Assembly: GCF_006345805.1 (NCBI RefSeq)
Contig: NC_043001.1
Span: 16,926,001-16,990,000 of the forward strand
Length of the DNA stretch: 64,000 bases
Source: Octopus sinensis
Lineage: Eukaryota
Direction of reading: 5' to 3'
The number at the start of each line of letters is the position of its first letter. Within the stretch, counting starts at the first letter, position 1. The notes beneath the pieces are model-generated. The model was not told the DNA's origin, made no database searches, and saw nothing but the letters and a program-made list of their open reading frames with translations. Shown one piece after another: positions 63,722-64,000 of this stretch. The translations under genes were made by a program, and so were the position numbers.

Positions 63722-63825
63722 AGCGCTGCTTCTGATTGGTCAATCCATCGTGATGACCCGAGGTCACGGTGACAGCGCTGCTTCTGATTGGTCAATACAT
63801 GGTGATGACCCGAGGTCACGGTGAC
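63722..63825 (-). promoter_or_regulatory. 52-bp tandem duplication with CCAAT boxes upstream of the putative transposase
   Basis: AGCGCTGCTTCTGATTGGTCAAT...GACCCGAGGTCACGGTGAC x2. CCAAT is on the minus strand, about 180-230 nt upstream of the ATG at 63553. Confidence 0.4.
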
Positions 63826-64000
63826 GGTACTACGTTTGTCATTCATAAGTTACAACTAAACGTGAAGAATTTAGTTATTGGGTTAATAAAATATGGTCGT
63901 TTATTCGTGTGTAATAAATAAAATACCAAACTCATTCGCTTTTGCTCGTTAGATACGTTTACAAGCCACTCGTTGTAATAAATACGGTATCCATAGGGAA

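Overview
This is AT-rich eukaryotic (animal) DNA consisting almost entirely of microsatellites and transposable-element debris. The SINE repertoire and microsatellite load point to an octopus or other coleoid cephalopod (inference from recalled families, not a database search). There are no prokaryotic operons, rRNA genes, true tRNA genes or CRISPR arrays. Most long ORFs in the track are artefacts of stop-free simple repeats. Recognisable content includes four tRNA-derived SINE groups (my labels A-D), many with intact target-site duplications (TSDs); group C forms head-less tandem arrays. There are also LINE remnants (RTE, CR1, L2/Crack-like, R4/Dong-like), two mariner transposase remnants, several MITEs, four non-autonomous Helitrons, a probable Merlin/IS1016-type transposase start and a 33-bp minisatellite with a 20-unit higher-order repeat. 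A few weak candidate host exons are present, one apparently duplicated. The most interesting signal is nine hammerhead-ribozyme-like folds at six loci, in about five unrelated Penelope-like terminal-repeat families. Three loci are palindromes carrying two divergent ribozyme copies. The folds have self-complementary stem III, non-canonical cores (CCGACGA, CTGTTGA) and one compensatory base-pair change. All alignments and folds were done by eye, and coordinates of degraded elements are approximate.
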